DNA of 64,000 bases. Source: Clostridia bacterium. GTDB lineage: Bacteria > Bacillota > Clostridia > Oscillospirales > CAG-272. Shown here piece by piece: positions 36,439 to 46,242 of this stretch (position 1 is the stretch's first letter; the number at the start of each line of letters is the position of its first letter). Under the pieces are notes generated by a model. That model was not told the origin of the DNA. It made no database searches and saw only the letters and a list, made by a program, of their open reading frames with translations. The stretch spans positions 23,503-87,502 of the forward strand of contig JAGBCV010000018.1 in NCBI GenBank assembly GCA_017937845.1, read 5' to 3'. A program made the translations under genes and the position numbers.

Positions 36439-37353
36439 TTATTGGATTTTCTTCTTTTCTTTTATGATATGCAAAAGATAATAAAACGTGTGAACGAGGC
36501 AAGCGGTAAGTCCCACGACCAAAGCGATATCCAAGAGGCTTTCGATTAGCTCAACGAGATAAAACTGAGAGGAGGGAATCGTTTCATACAGAAAATAAAG
36601 ACTGCCGTCGATTTCCGTTGGCTCTCCGATGGGTTCTTTTGCAAAAAGTCTGACTGACAAGGTGTGCCAACCGAGTCTTACGAAAGGTCTTATGATGAGT
36701 ATACCAAGCGCTCCGATGGCGAGAGGAATATTTTTCTTTGCGGAAAACTGAAAATTGTATGTGCGATAGATGCGGACGGTCGCGGCGATAAGTACCATCA
36801 AAATCAGCATCAGCAGAACGGATATGATGGCTTGCAAGGGGGAATTTGCCCAATAATAGGCGTTGAAGCTGATGCCCCATCGAACGGATGCGCTGACGAA
36901 TAGATAGCAGTTGATGTAGAAGAACCACGCCCAAACGCACCAAAGTGCGGTATGCTTCGTTTTCCGAAAGCAGACGACGGCGGAAATGACGCAGGGAATG
37001 GCAAAGATGACGGCGGATAGAAGATCGGTCAAAAAGAAAAGTATGATCGCTGGAATCAGAAAGAGCGCGCCGATGATGGGTTTTATAATGTTTTTCGGTT
37101 CGGGCTTGACGTAGACGTACTGCACGTCGGGCTTGGGCTGTTCTTCCTTCGGATTTTCATCGGAAACAAACTCGTCAAGCGTGACGCCGAAAAGCTCGCA
37201 AAGCTTTACGAGCTTCGGCAGTTCGGGAAATGCCGCACCCGTTTCCCATTTGGAGATCGATTGACGCGAAACGTCGAGCTTTTCGGCAAGCTCAAGCTGA
37301 GAAAGTCCGCATTTCGTTCGATATAAATAAATTTGTTCGCTGATATTTTTCAT
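36439..37353 (-). CDS. XRE-family HTH regulator fused to a multi-TM domain
   Basis: I chose the start at 37353 (AAAGGAGG RBS). MKNISEQIYLYRTKCGLSQLELAEKLDVSRQSISKWETGAAFPELPKLVKLCELFGVTLDEFV is followed by about 6 TM helices. Confidence 0.8.
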   Translation of the reverse strand: MKNISEQIYLYRTKCGLSQLELAEKLDVSRQSISKWETGAAFPELPKLVKLCELFGVTLDEFVSDENPKEEQPKPDVQYVYVKPEPKNIIKPIIGALFLIPAIILFFLTDLLSAVIFAIPCVISAVVCFRKTKHTALWCVWAWFFYINCYLFVSASVRWGISFNAYYWANSPLQAIISVLLMLILMVLIAATVRIYRTYNFQFSAKKNIPLAIGALGILIIRPFVRLGWHTLSVRLFAKEPIGEPTEIDGSLYFLYETIPSSQFYLVELIESLLDIALVVGLTACLVHTFYYLLHIIKEKKKIQ

Positions 37354-37597
37354 AAAAATACCTCCTTTGTTGGTTTCATGATAGCATATTTGCGCGAAAA
37401 AGACAACCTCCTTTCGTTTGCAACCGCGCAACCATTGGTTGCATCGATGAATTTTGTATCGATACAAGGCAAAACCTTGAATCATAAATTCTTTTCTTGG
37501 CGAATATCTTATAAAGCAGACTTACGGACGGTCATTTCCTGTCATTTGTCGGTTTTTATCCATATGACGGACTTTATAAAGACTCTTCCGAAAGAAC

Positions 37598-37626
37598 TTG
37601 ACAAAGAGCAAGAATTTTGATATAAT
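37598..37626 (+). promoter_or_regulatory. perfect consensus sigma-A promoter
   Basis: TTGACA (37598-37603), 17 nt, TATAAT (37621-37626). Confidence 0.8.
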
Positions 37627-37675
37627 AATCTTTGTGTGCTTATAAAACAAAAATGATTTCCGAAAGGAACAGAAT

Positions 37676-40600
37676 ATGTCTAAACAATATTTGAATCAAA
37701 AAATCGCGTCGGGGCTGATGGCGGCGCTGATGCTTTCCTCTGCTGTGCAGGCTCCCGTTTTCGCCTCCGAAAAAAACGGGCAGACCTATGAAATGACGCA
37801 GACTGTGACGGCGACGGTCGCGCCCCGCGCAGGATATACTGCGCTTGACTTTTCGTATGCAGGCGCTTCCGCGGTCCATTCCGTAAGCGTAGCGGAGCTT
37901 ATCTACCGCGCAACGGGAAGCAGTGTCGGTGCAGAAGAGGCGGCTTATCTCGCATCGCAGGGCATTTCGATGTCCTATGACGATTCGCTTTCGTCCTCTC
38001 TCGTTGCGACCTCGGCGGGTGATGATTCCATCACCTTTACGGCGTCCGCGAAATCCTATCAGGCGTATAACGGTACGACAGTTCGTTGGGTCCCCGTTTC
38101 GGTCTCGCTTGACAGCATGAACGCTTCCTTTACCCCCTCTCCGAGCGGTTATACGGCGACCTTTACGAATCTGAATAAGGATACGGTATATACCGCGACC
38201 TTTACCTATCAGACGACCATCACGGTCAGCGCTTACGCCTTGACCTCCGTCGTCAACCGCGCATATAACGACGCGCTTAGCGTTATTGCCGCGCAGAATC
38301 GCTACGAACAGGATAAAGAGGCTTACGATAACGCCGTTTTGGCATATCAGAACGCTTGCAAGGAATACGAGGCGCTTTACGCGGCGTATCAAAAATATCA
38401 GCAGACCTTGCAGGAATACAACGCAGAGCTTGCCGCTTACAACGCATATATGAAAAAGGTCAACGCCTATAACGCCGCGATGGAAAAATACAATGCGTAT
38501 TTAGAGGCATTGGTGACCTACGATGAACGCTACAAGGCTTACGAGGAGGAGCTTTTGGCGCTTCCCGAAAAGCAGGCGCAGTATGAAAAATATCTGGACT
38601 ATTTGGCGCTCATTCAAGGCGCGACAAAGCAGCTCGCCGTCATCAACAGTGCATATATCCCCGACTCTGTCGGACGTACGATGTATGCGACCTTGATGGG
38701 CGATACGGTGGCGCAGGTGCTTGCGCGCAAGGACGAACTCATTCGTTACGGCGGCGCAGACCCGAACGATATCAACAACGCGGGCGATGCGACGACGGCT
38801 TTGCAAACGCTTCTTTCCGAATATAAAAAGCTTTCGACAACGGAGGAACAGCTTCGTTGGTATACCGAGCATTATCAGGCGGTCAAGGATAATTTCATCT
38901 TGCTTTACAGCAGCTTGCATTCTCTCGGCAACAATATCGTCGTTCGTAAGGTGTTGAATAAAGAAGGTAAACTGGAACGCTACTGTCAGTTCGTCGGTCA
39001 GCTTTATATCATCAGTACGGGTCTTGACGACGGCACGACCTTTGACAGCTCGTGGAGCTTCAACGATTACGCCATCTACGACCTGATAGAAGCATCTCAG
39101 CGTGTTTTGGACGATAACACTTACGCGCCGACGATGGAATTGCCCGAAAAGATGGACCCTGTTGAAAAGCCTATGGTCCCGACCGCGCCCAAAAAGCCGA
39201 CGGAGGTCTTCGAGCCCTTGAAAACGTGGACGGAGGAATTGACGCATCCCGGCGAAGCTCCGCTGACGGTGGCAAAGCCGAAGGAGCCTGCTCTCAGTGA
39301 TTATACGAGCGGTGCGCCTCAGATCCCGGAAGTTTCCACACAGCTCGGCGCGGTGGTCGAGCTTGTCAAAGCGAACAAATTGACGTTCCGAAGCGGAAGC
39401 GTGCGCGACGTGGATATGACCTTCACGTCTTCTTTCTCAAAGTCGACCTCTCTTTCGCAGTATCCGCTCGTCACGTTCTATGATTACGACAAAAAAACGG
39501 TGCTTTACTCCGTTCACGTGGAAAAGGGCGGAACGGCGGTTTACGGCGCAACACCTCCGAGAAGACAGCCCGATGAAAAGCACAGCTATGAATTTGCAGG
39601 CTGGAAGGACGCAAGCGGCAATCCCGCGTCTTTGTCGGGGATCACTGCCGATACGGCGTTTTACGCAAGCTATACGGAAACGGTCAACACCTATACGGTC
39701 GTTTGGCACGTGGGCGGAAAGCTTGTAAGCGAAACCTACCGTTACGGCGATACCCCCTCCTATAAGGGCAATCCTTCTTATAGAGATGCGATATATCAAT
39801 ATACCTTTGTGGGTTGGTCACCGTCCGTTGAAAAGGTGACGGGAAATGCGGAGTATACGGCGCAGTATACAACACAGCGCTTGGATAGTCTGACCTTTGC
39901 GGTCATCTTTGACGTGCGCGGAGAAACCTATTACCGTACCTACTCTTACGGCGATATGCCTCGCTTTGACGATTTCGAGCATGATTACGTTTGGGGCGGA
40001 TACCGCTACGTATTTACGGGTTGGACACCGTCGCTCTCCATGGTGACGGATAACGTCCGCTATACCGCAAATTTTGAAAAGATGTTCCTCATTCCTGCGG
40101 GTGAGGATTTCGACAAGAGCGCGGATATGATCGTCACCAAGACCGCGCATACCGTCAAAACGGATGAATATATCGTTGACGCATCGTACGCCGTCAAAGA
40201 AGCCCTGAAAGCAAATACCCAGCTCGTTCTCGAGCTTGGCGGCGCCGTCATGACGATCGATAACGAGACCTTGCAAACGATGCAGAATTCCTGCTATTTC
40301 CGTTTGATGCCGATGGGCGACCTTATGTGGCGCTTTGAGATCACCGATAGAGAGGGCAAGGCAGTTTCGCTTGCCTCCGATATCCTCGTTGAGCTTCCTT
40401 TGACCGACGAAGAAGAAAACGGCGGCAGATTGAATGCGTACCTTGATGGTACGGCGACAAGCGTCAGCGTGCATGACGATACGGCGTACCTCCGACTCAA
40501 GGAAACGGGTATGATCTCGCTTCGTCCGTATTATACGCTCAGCCTCGAAGTCCTCGGAAACGGCGATCTGACCGCGGAAAAGGATACCTTTGAGGTTGGC

Positions 40601-40900
40601 GCGTCCGTCAAGCTCAATACCTATCTTGAGCAGGGCTGGAAATTGCAAGCCTTGACGATCTCCGTTGACGGCGGAGAGGCTTCCGCGCTTACGCTTGCCG
40701 ATGGCACGTTCGTCATGCCGGATGGCGACGTGACCGTTTCTGCGACCTTTGCTGAGGCGGAATATACCATCATCTTTATGGCAAACGGCGAGGAGATCAG
40801 CCGTGAGATCTACCGCTACGGTGAAGCCGTGACAGCGCCCGATATGTCGGATCGACTTTCCTATAAGGACGGCGACACGACCTATACGTTCTCCGGCTAG
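37676..40900 (+). CDS. large secreted surface protein with a coiled coil and InlB-B-type repeats, ending at an in-frame TAG
   Basis: Signal peptide ...APVFA/SE. Tyr/Asn/Ala-rich coiled coil. Repeated Y.F.GW...v..d..YtA.Y modules. The stop at 40898-40900 falls where the repeat consensus has Trp. Confidence 0.85.
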   Translation: MSKQYLNQKIASGLMAALMLSSAVQAPVFASEKNGQTYEMTQTVTATVAPRAGYTALDFSYAGASAVHSVSVAELIYRATGSSVGAEEAAYLASQGISMSYDDSLSSSLVATSAGDDSITFTASAKSYQAYNGTTVRWVPVSVSLDSMNASFTPSPSGYTATFTNLNKDTVYTATFTYQTTITVSAYALTSVVNRAYNDALSVIAAQNRYEQDKEAYDNAVLAYQNACKEYEALYAAYQKYQQTLQEYNAELAAYNAYMKKVNAYNAAMEKYNAYLEALVTYDERYKAYEEELLALPEKQAQYEKYLDYLALIQGATKQLAVINSAYIPDSVGRTMYATLMGDTVAQVLARKDELIRYGGADPNDINNAGDATTALQTLLSEYKKLSTTEEQLRWYTEHYQAVKDNFILLYSSLHSLGNNIVVRKVLNKEGKLERYCQFVGQLYIISTGLDDGTTFDSSWSFNDYAIYDLIEASQRVLDDNTYAPTMELPEKMDPVEKPMVPTAPKKPTEVFEPLKTWTEELTHPGEAPLTVAKPKEPALSDYTSGAPQIPEVSTQLGAVVELVKANKLTFRSGSVRDVDMTFTSSFSKSTSLSQYPLVTFYDYDKKTVLYSVHVEKGGTAVYGATPPRRQPDEKHSYEFAGWKDASGNPASLSGITADTAFYASYTETVNTYTVVWHVGGKLVSETYRYGDTPSYKGNPSYRDAIYQYTFVGWSPSVEKVTGNAEYTAQYTTQRLDSLTFAVIFDVRGETYYRTYSYGDMPRFDDFEHDYVWGGYRYVFTGWTPSLSMVTDNVRYTANFEKMFLIPAGEDFDKSADMIVTKTAHTVKTDEYIVDASYAVKEALKANTQLVLELGGAVMTIDNETLQTMQNSCYFRLMPMGDLMWRFEITDREGKAVSLASDILVELPLTDEEENGGRLNAYLDGTATSVSVHDDTAYLRLKETGMISLRPYYTLSLEVLGNGDLTAEKDTFEVGASVKLNTYLEQGWKLQALTISVDGGEASALTLADGTFVMPDGDVTVSATFAEAEYTIIFMANGEEISREIYRYGEAVTAPDMSDRLSYKDGDTTYTFSG

Positions 40901-41131
40901 GATATGACGGTTTCCCCCGCGACTAAGGATACCACCTATACGGCGAAATATGAAAAGGGCAACGTCGGCGGTGTGGACGATACGTATATTTCCGACCACG
41001 ACAGCAATAAGCTCATGACCATCGGGCTTCCCGTTTTGCTCGGTGCTCTTACGCTTGGCATTGGCGCTTTCGTATTTTTCCGCGTTCGCAAGAAAAAAGG
41101 CAAGAATTCTCCGCGTGCTGACAAATCATGA
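40901..41131 (+). other. in-frame continuation of 37676..40900 encoding the end of the last repeat plus a TM anchor
   Basis: Same reading frame. DMTVSPATKDTTYTAKYEKG completes the repeat. LMTIGLPVLLGALTLGIGAFVFFRVRKKKGK is a TM anchor with a positively charged tail, like the C-terminus of 41261..43768. Confidence 0.7.
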
Positions 41132-41174
41132 CAAAAAATCCTTGGATTTTATGCGTGAAAGATACAAAAACCTC

Positions 41175-41203
41175 TTGCAATAGCGAAAAAAGTATGATAT
41201 ACT
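41175..41203 (+). promoter_or_regulatory. sigma-A promoter
   Basis: TTGCAA (41175-41180), 17 nt, TATACT (41198-41203). Confidence 0.65.
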
Positions 41204-41260
41204 AACGATACAATAGGATATATAACTATCACTATATCTGAAAGAAATGAGGAAAAAAAG

Positions 41261-43768
41261 ATGAAAAAAAGCACTCGCTTGTCTATCAGAGTTTTGTCTT
41301 TGCTCATGACTCTCCTTATGATCTTCAGCTTCAGCGCAACCGTATTTGCCATGAACGTTGAGATCGAAGGCGCCAAGACAAAGTACTATGACGTAACCTA
41401 CAACTCTGATGTGGCAATCCCCGAATTTACAATGACGATGGATGCGGAAGCGCTCGGAAAATTCCTTGACGACCGCAATTTTACCAAGGCAGAGCTTCTT
41501 GAGTTCCTTCCCGAGGTATTTGCGAACGCCATCGAAAACGGCACATTCCCCAACATCAAGGACATCGTTGCGATGTTCCCCAACACCTCCGACCCCAGCA
41601 CGGACATGGTAAGCCGTGCGGAAGTCACCAAGTTCATTCCCGTTGAAGTTTACGATAAATACGAAATGAGCGGTACTCTCCTCAGAGAAGAACCCGAAAA
41701 GTTTATCAAAAACTTCACCGACATGATCTACAACCTCTTCCTTGAACACATCGAATATTTCAACGTTACTTCTTACAGCAACGGCAAGACAGTCAAGGAA
41801 ACCGTTTACTTCTCCGACGATACCGTTTGGGAAATGCACTTCAACGAGCTTATCGCTGTTATTTTGAGCTCTCTCCCCACTGTGGAAACGCTTGAAAATG
41901 CAAAGAGCGGCGACCAGATCTGGGCTGTTGAATTTGAAGTAAAATATCGTCAGTGGACAGACGCTACCAAGGCTCTCTTCCAGATCAAGTTTGACGGCGA
42001 CACCTCCACCGTAAACGAGTATGCGGAAAAGATCGCAAACCTCGTAAACTACGAGGTCATCAACAACAACGTATTCAGCGTTGTTATCGATGACACCGAC
42101 CCCAACTCCCCCGTATCCTTTGCAGGCGTTTTGAATACCGCTCTCAATTCCGACAAGCTTACCGCCGCTGAAAAGGCAGAAATCTTCGCACTCTTCAATA
42201 AGAAGGGCGACGATCTCGTTGCCGCTCTCAAGGCGTTCGATATGGATAACGCATCCATTTGGCTTGACGATAAGTACATTCCTACCTTGACAAAGCTCCG
42301 CGACAAGGCTCTCGTGCTTGTTGAAAAGCTCATGGATGTTGCGCCCGGCTACTACGCTCAGGTATCTCTCGCAGATATCTACAACGCGCAGACCAATAGC
42401 TTCCTTCTCGAAGATTCCCTTTCTGTCGAAACCAACAAGGTTCTCGATAAGATCTTCTCCATTATCAACGAAGACTCTACAAGATTCCAGTCTTACTTTG
42501 ATTACGACGCATACGTTACACTCAATCTTTCTATCGCTCTCAAGATGAAAGATATATACCGCGTACGTTATTTCGACGTTGACGGCACACTTCTTTACAC
42601 CACGTTCCTCCCCGTAGGCGCGAACCTCTCCATCATCAGCGACAACACCGCTGAGGTCGCAGGTAAGGCGCAGGACGGCTGGAAGGACGACAATGCGAAC
42701 GTTCCTACCGTTATGCCCGCAGAAGACCTTGATCTTTATGCAGCAAAAGCAAAGAAGACCTACACCGTAACCTTTATTGCAGACAATAAGGTCGTTGACA
42801 GAGTCACCTACACCGAAGGCGATACCAAGCTTTCCCGTGTTCCTCAGATTCCTTTCAAGAACGGCTATCTCGCAAAATGGGAAAACTATCAGCTCGCTGA
42901 TAAGGATATCGTTGTAAGAGCGATCTATACCGCTAAGACCTATATCGTAACCTTTGACGCAAACGGCGGCGAAGGCGAAATGGAACGTCAGATCCTTGCA
43001 ATCGACGTGATGAAGCCCTTGAATGCGAACAAGTATACTCGTGCAGGTTATACCTTTGCAGGCTGGAACACCAAGGCTGACGGCACAGGCTATACCTATG
43101 CAGACAAAGAGCTTGTAAGAAATCTTACATATCTCAACGGTGTCACACTTTATGCCGTTTGGGAAGAAATTCCCGCTGCAACCCACACCGTAACCTTTAT
43201 GGCAAACGGCGAAGTTGTTGACAAGGTAACCTTCACCGAAGGCGATAAGACCCTCTCCAGAGTTCCGAACGTTCCCGCAAGAGAAGGTTATAACGGTTCT
43301 TGGACCGCTTACACACTCGGCACTTCTGACATCACCGTAAACGCTGTATATACCGCAAAGACCTATTTCGTTTCCTTTGATGCAAACGGTGGCGCAGGTG
43401 AGACCATGGATCCTCAGACCATGAATTACGATGAACTCGTAAAGCTCCATGCAAACACCTATACTTACGAAGGCTATAAGTTCGTAGGTTGGAACACCAA
43501 GGCTGACGGTACAGGCGTTGCTTACGAAGACGAAGCAACCGTTAAGAACCTTACCGCAGAAGGCAATGTTGTTCTCTACGCTCAGTGGGAAGAAGTAGAA
43601 GAAGAAACCACAACTGCTGACACCACCACTCCCGCTGAAACCACAACTACCGAAGAACCCGAAGAAGGCGGCTTTAACTGGCTCATTCTCATTCTTATCC
43701 TTGCGATCCTCGCAATCATCGCAGGCGTAGTTGCTTACCTTATCCATAACAAGAAGAAAAACGCTTAA
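41261..43768 (+). CDS. large surface protein with Listeria-Bacteroides (InlB-B/Flg_new) repeats and a C-terminal TM anchor
   Basis: Signal peptide. Canonical repeats such as YIVTFDANGGEGEM...RAGYTFAGWNTKADGTGYTYAD...VTLYAVWEE. T/E/P-rich stalk. TM anchor FNWLILILILAILAIIAGVVAYLIHNKKKNA. Confidence 0.9.
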   Translation: MKKSTRLSIRVLSLLMTLLMIFSFSATVFAMNVEIEGAKTKYYDVTYNSDVAIPEFTMTMDAEALGKFLDDRNFTKAELLEFLPEVFANAIENGTFPNIKDIVAMFPNTSDPSTDMVSRAEVTKFIPVEVYDKYEMSGTLLREEPEKFIKNFTDMIYNLFLEHIEYFNVTSYSNGKTVKETVYFSDDTVWEMHFNELIAVILSSLPTVETLENAKSGDQIWAVEFEVKYRQWTDATKALFQIKFDGDTSTVNEYAEKIANLVNYEVINNNVFSVVIDDTDPNSPVSFAGVLNTALNSDKLTAAEKAEIFALFNKKGDDLVAALKAFDMDNASIWLDDKYIPTLTKLRDKALVLVEKLMDVAPGYYAQVSLADIYNAQTNSFLLEDSLSVETNKVLDKIFSIINEDSTRFQSYFDYDAYVTLNLSIALKMKDIYRVRYFDVDGTLLYTTFLPVGANLSIISDNTAEVAGKAQDGWKDDNANVPTVMPAEDLDLYAAKAKKTYTVTFIADNKVVDRVTYTEGDTKLSRVPQIPFKNGYLAKWENYQLADKDIVVRAIYTAKTYIVTFDANGGEGEMERQILAIDVMKPLNANKYTRAGYTFAGWNTKADGTGYTYADKELVRNLTYLNGVTLYAVWEEIPAATHTVTFMANGEVVDKVTFTEGDKTLSRVPNVPAREGYNGSWTAYTLGTSDITVNAVYTAKTYFVSFDANGGAGETMDPQTMNYDELVKLHANTYTYEGYKFVGWNTKADGTGVAYEDEATVKNLTAEGNVVLYAQWEEVEEETTTADTTTPAETTTTEEPEEGGFNWLILILILAILAIIAGVVAYLIHNKKKNA

Positions 43769-43792
43769 TTGATTTTTGAACTTGTTTGATAC

Positions 43793-43827
43793 AAAAACAT
43801 CACGGCGACAGCCGTGATGTTTTTTTG
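43793..43827 (+). terminator. intrinsic terminator
   Basis: ACATCACGGC gaca GCCGTGATGT followed by TTTTTTT. Confidence 0.85.
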
Positions 43828-43834
43828 TATAGCA

Positions 43835-43860
43835 AAAGCGTAACCTCGCGGTTACGCTTT
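43835..43860 (-). terminator. intrinsic terminator of nfnAB
   Basis: AAAGCGTAACC / GGTTACGCTTT stem, followed on the minus strand by TTTTGC. Confidence 0.7.
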
Positions 43861-43882
43861 TCGTTTATGTGAAGATAAAATC

Positions 43883-45271
43883 TTACTGCTTGCTTTTGAT
43901 ATACTCGTCAATCGCGGCAGCGGCTTTTTTGCCTGCCTCCATGGCAAGAATGACGGTCGCGGCACCCGTTACGGCATCGCCGCCTGCAAACACACCCTCA
44001 CGGGATGTCTGACCGACCTCGTTTGCTACGATGCAACCCTTAGGAGTGGTTTCCAGACCCTCTGTGGTGGATTTGATCAAGGGGTTCGGGATCGTGCCGA
44101 TGGAAATGATAACGGCATCTACGTCGATGGTAAACTCAGAGCCTTTCTTTTCGATGGGACGGCGTCTGCCGGAAGCGTCAGGCTCGCCAAGCTCCATCTG
44201 CACACATTCGATGGCGCGAACGTGTCCGTTTTCGTCACCGAGGATCTGCGTGGGATTATTGAGAAGCTTGAAGTCGATGCCTTCGTCGATTGCGTGGTGT
44301 ACTTCTTCGCGTCTGGCGGGAAGCTCATCCATACTGCGGCGATAGATCACGTATACGTTTTCTGCGCCCATGCGCTTTGCGGAGCGTGCGGCATCCATGG
44401 CAACGTTACCGCCGCCAACAACGGCGACATTTTTCGCGCGCTTGATGGGCGTATCATATTCGTCGAGATAAGCCTTCATGAGGTTGATTCGTGTGAGATA
44501 TTCGTTCGCGGAATATACGCCGAGAAGATTTTCACCGGGAATATTCATAAACTGGGGAAGACCTGCGCCGCTTCCGATAAAGACGGACTCATAGCCTTCT
44601 TCAAAAAGCTCGTCGATGGAGAAGGAACGACCGACGATGGCGTTGGTCACGATTTTAACGCCGAGGTCCTTGAGGTTGTCGATTTCTTCCTGTACGATGG
44701 CTTTCGGCAGACGAAATTCGGGAATACCGTAAACGAGAACACCGCCCGCCTTATGGAATGCTTCAAAAATGGTGACGTCGTAACCGAGCTTGGCAAGACT
44801 GCCGGCGCAAGTCAGACCGGAAGGGCCCGAGCCAACAACGGCAACCTTGTGACCGTTTGAAGCGGGAGCGGTTGCAGATGTGTTCTTATGCTTGCGGTGA
44901 TAGTCCGCAACAAAGCGTTCCAAAGCGCCGATGCCGACGGATTCCGCTTTGATACCGCGGATACATTTGCCTTCGCACTGCTTTTCCTGGGGACAAACAC
45001 GACCGCAGACAGCGGGAAGGAGGTTGGTAGACGTGATGATGTCATACGCTTCGTCGAAATTGCCTTCGGCGACCTTAGCGATAAATTCGGGGATACGAAC
45101 GCTGACGGGGCAACCCGCACGGCAAAGAGGATTTTTACAATTCAAGCAACGCTTTGCTTCTTCGATTGCCATTTCTTCGGTATAACCGAGGGTAACTTCT
45201 TCAAAATTACAAGCGCGCACCTTGGGGTCCTGTTCGGGAACAGGTGTCTTTTTGGGGTTCATATTAGCCAT
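43883..45271 (-). CDS. nfnB: NADPH-dependent glutamate-synthase-small-chain-like flavoprotein (NfnB type)
   Basis: Two Cys clusters (CLNCKNPLCRAGCP, CGRVCPQEKQCEGKC) and two dinucleotide folds (VAVVGSGPSGL, VAVVGGGNVAMD). I chose the start at 45271 (GGAGGT RBS). Confidence 0.75.
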   Translation of the reverse strand: MANMNPKKTPVPEQDPKVRACNFEEVTLGYTEEMAIEEAKRCLNCKNPLCRAGCPVSVRIPEFIAKVAEGNFDEAYDIITSTNLLPAVCGRVCPQEKQCEGKCIRGIKAESVGIGALERFVADYHRKHKNTSATAPASNGHKVAVVGSGPSGLTCAGSLAKLGYDVTIFEAFHKAGGVLVYGIPEFRLPKAIVQEEIDNLKDLGVKIVTNAIVGRSFSIDELFEEGYESVFIGSGAGLPQFMNIPGENLLGVYSANEYLTRINLMKAYLDEYDTPIKRAKNVAVVGGGNVAMDAARSAKRMGAENVYVIYRRSMDELPARREEVHHAIDEGIDFKLLNNPTQILGDENGHVRAIECVQMELGEPDASGRRRPIEKKGSEFTIDVDAVIISIGTIPNPLIKSTTEGLETTPKGCIVANEVGQTSREGVFAGGDAVTGAATVILAMEAGKKAAAAIDEYIKSKQ

Positions 45272-46109
45272 GACGACGAACACCTCCTGTCAAATTGCAG
45301 ATATGCTCTGCTTCTTCTTCCTTATAGAAGCCGTTGCGCTTGATCAGCTCATCCCAATCGACTTCATGACCGTTAAATTCGGGACCGTCTACGCAAGCAA
45401 ATTTCGTTTTGCCACCGACGGTGACACGGCAACCGCCGCACATACCCGTTCCGTCGATCATGATGGGGTTGAGGGAAACTACGGTGGGGATATCAAAGGG
45501 TGCGGTAACGGCGCAGACGAATTTCATCATCATCGCAGGACCGATGGCAACGACCTCGTCGTATTTTGCACCGCCCTCAATGAGAGATTTGAGCTTGTTC
45601 GTGGTGAAGCCCTTTTCGCCGTAAGAGCCGTCGTCCGTGGTGATATAGAGATTGGTGCAGCTTTTTCTCATTTCGTCTTCCAAAATGACGATATCACGGC
45701 TGCGGAAGCCTGCGATCATATCGACCTCGGCGCCTGCCTCATGGAGCGCTTTGGCAACAGGATACGCGATGGCGCAGCCAACACCGCCGCCGACAACGGC
45801 AACACGCTTGAAGCCTTCGGTTTTGGAAGGCTTGCCGAGAGGGCCGGCAAAGTCGAGGATGTAGTCGCCTGCGTTCAGCTCTGCGAGCATTCTGGTGGAA
45901 CCGCCGACGGGCTGGAACATGATGGTGACGGTACCTTTTTCGCGGTCATAATCCGCAACGGTCAGCGGAACACGTTCGCCATATTCATCAATGCGGAAGA
46001 TGATGAACTGACCTGCAAGACATTTTTTTGCAACAAGGGGTGCTTCCACGACCATTTCAATGACGTTTTTTGCTTCGTTGAGGAAGCGTTTGCTAACGAT
46101 TTTATACAA
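45264..46109 (-). CDS. nfnA: ferredoxin-NADP reductase-like FAD/[2Fe-2S] subunit (NfnA type)
   Basis: 281 aa. FNR-like fold and a C-terminal CGGCRV Cys motif. 8-nt overlap with nfnB. TTG start after GGAGGT. Confidence 0.7.
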   Translation of the reverse strand: MYKIVSKRFLNEAKNVIEMVVEAPLVAKKCLAGQFIIFRIDEYGERVPLTVADYDREKGTVTIMFQPVGGSTRMLAELNAGDYILDFAGPLGKPSKTEGFKRVAVVGGGVGCAIAYPVAKALHEAGAEVDMIAGFRSRDIVILEDEMRKSCTNLYITTDDGSYGEKGFTTNKLKSLIEGGAKYDEVVAIGPAMMMKFVCAVTAPFDIPTVVSLNPIMIDGTGMCGGCRVTVGGKTKFACVDGPEFNGHEVDWDELIKRNGFYKEEEAEHICNLTGGVRRHG

Positions 46110-46242
46110 AATATATACCTCCGTTTCGGGAAAATAATCAAAAATAAGGTGATTATTTTTACATTATATCACCACTTGACATACTTGTAAAGTGTAATTT
46201 TTGGATTTTTTCGATTTTTTGATATATCCTCATTAGCAGTTT

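Noticed and set aside
40898-40900. Genome-wide reassignment of TAG as a sense codon, as an explanation for the in-frame stop
   Set aside because: TAG terminates at least one well-supported gene in the window (the ABC-2 permease at 55524-55526). No other gene here needs TAG read-through.
41126-43747. 873-aa minus-strand ORF
   Set aside because: It is antisense to the repeat-rich surface protein gene 41261..43768, which has a signal peptide, canonical repeats, a TM anchor, a promoter and a terminator.
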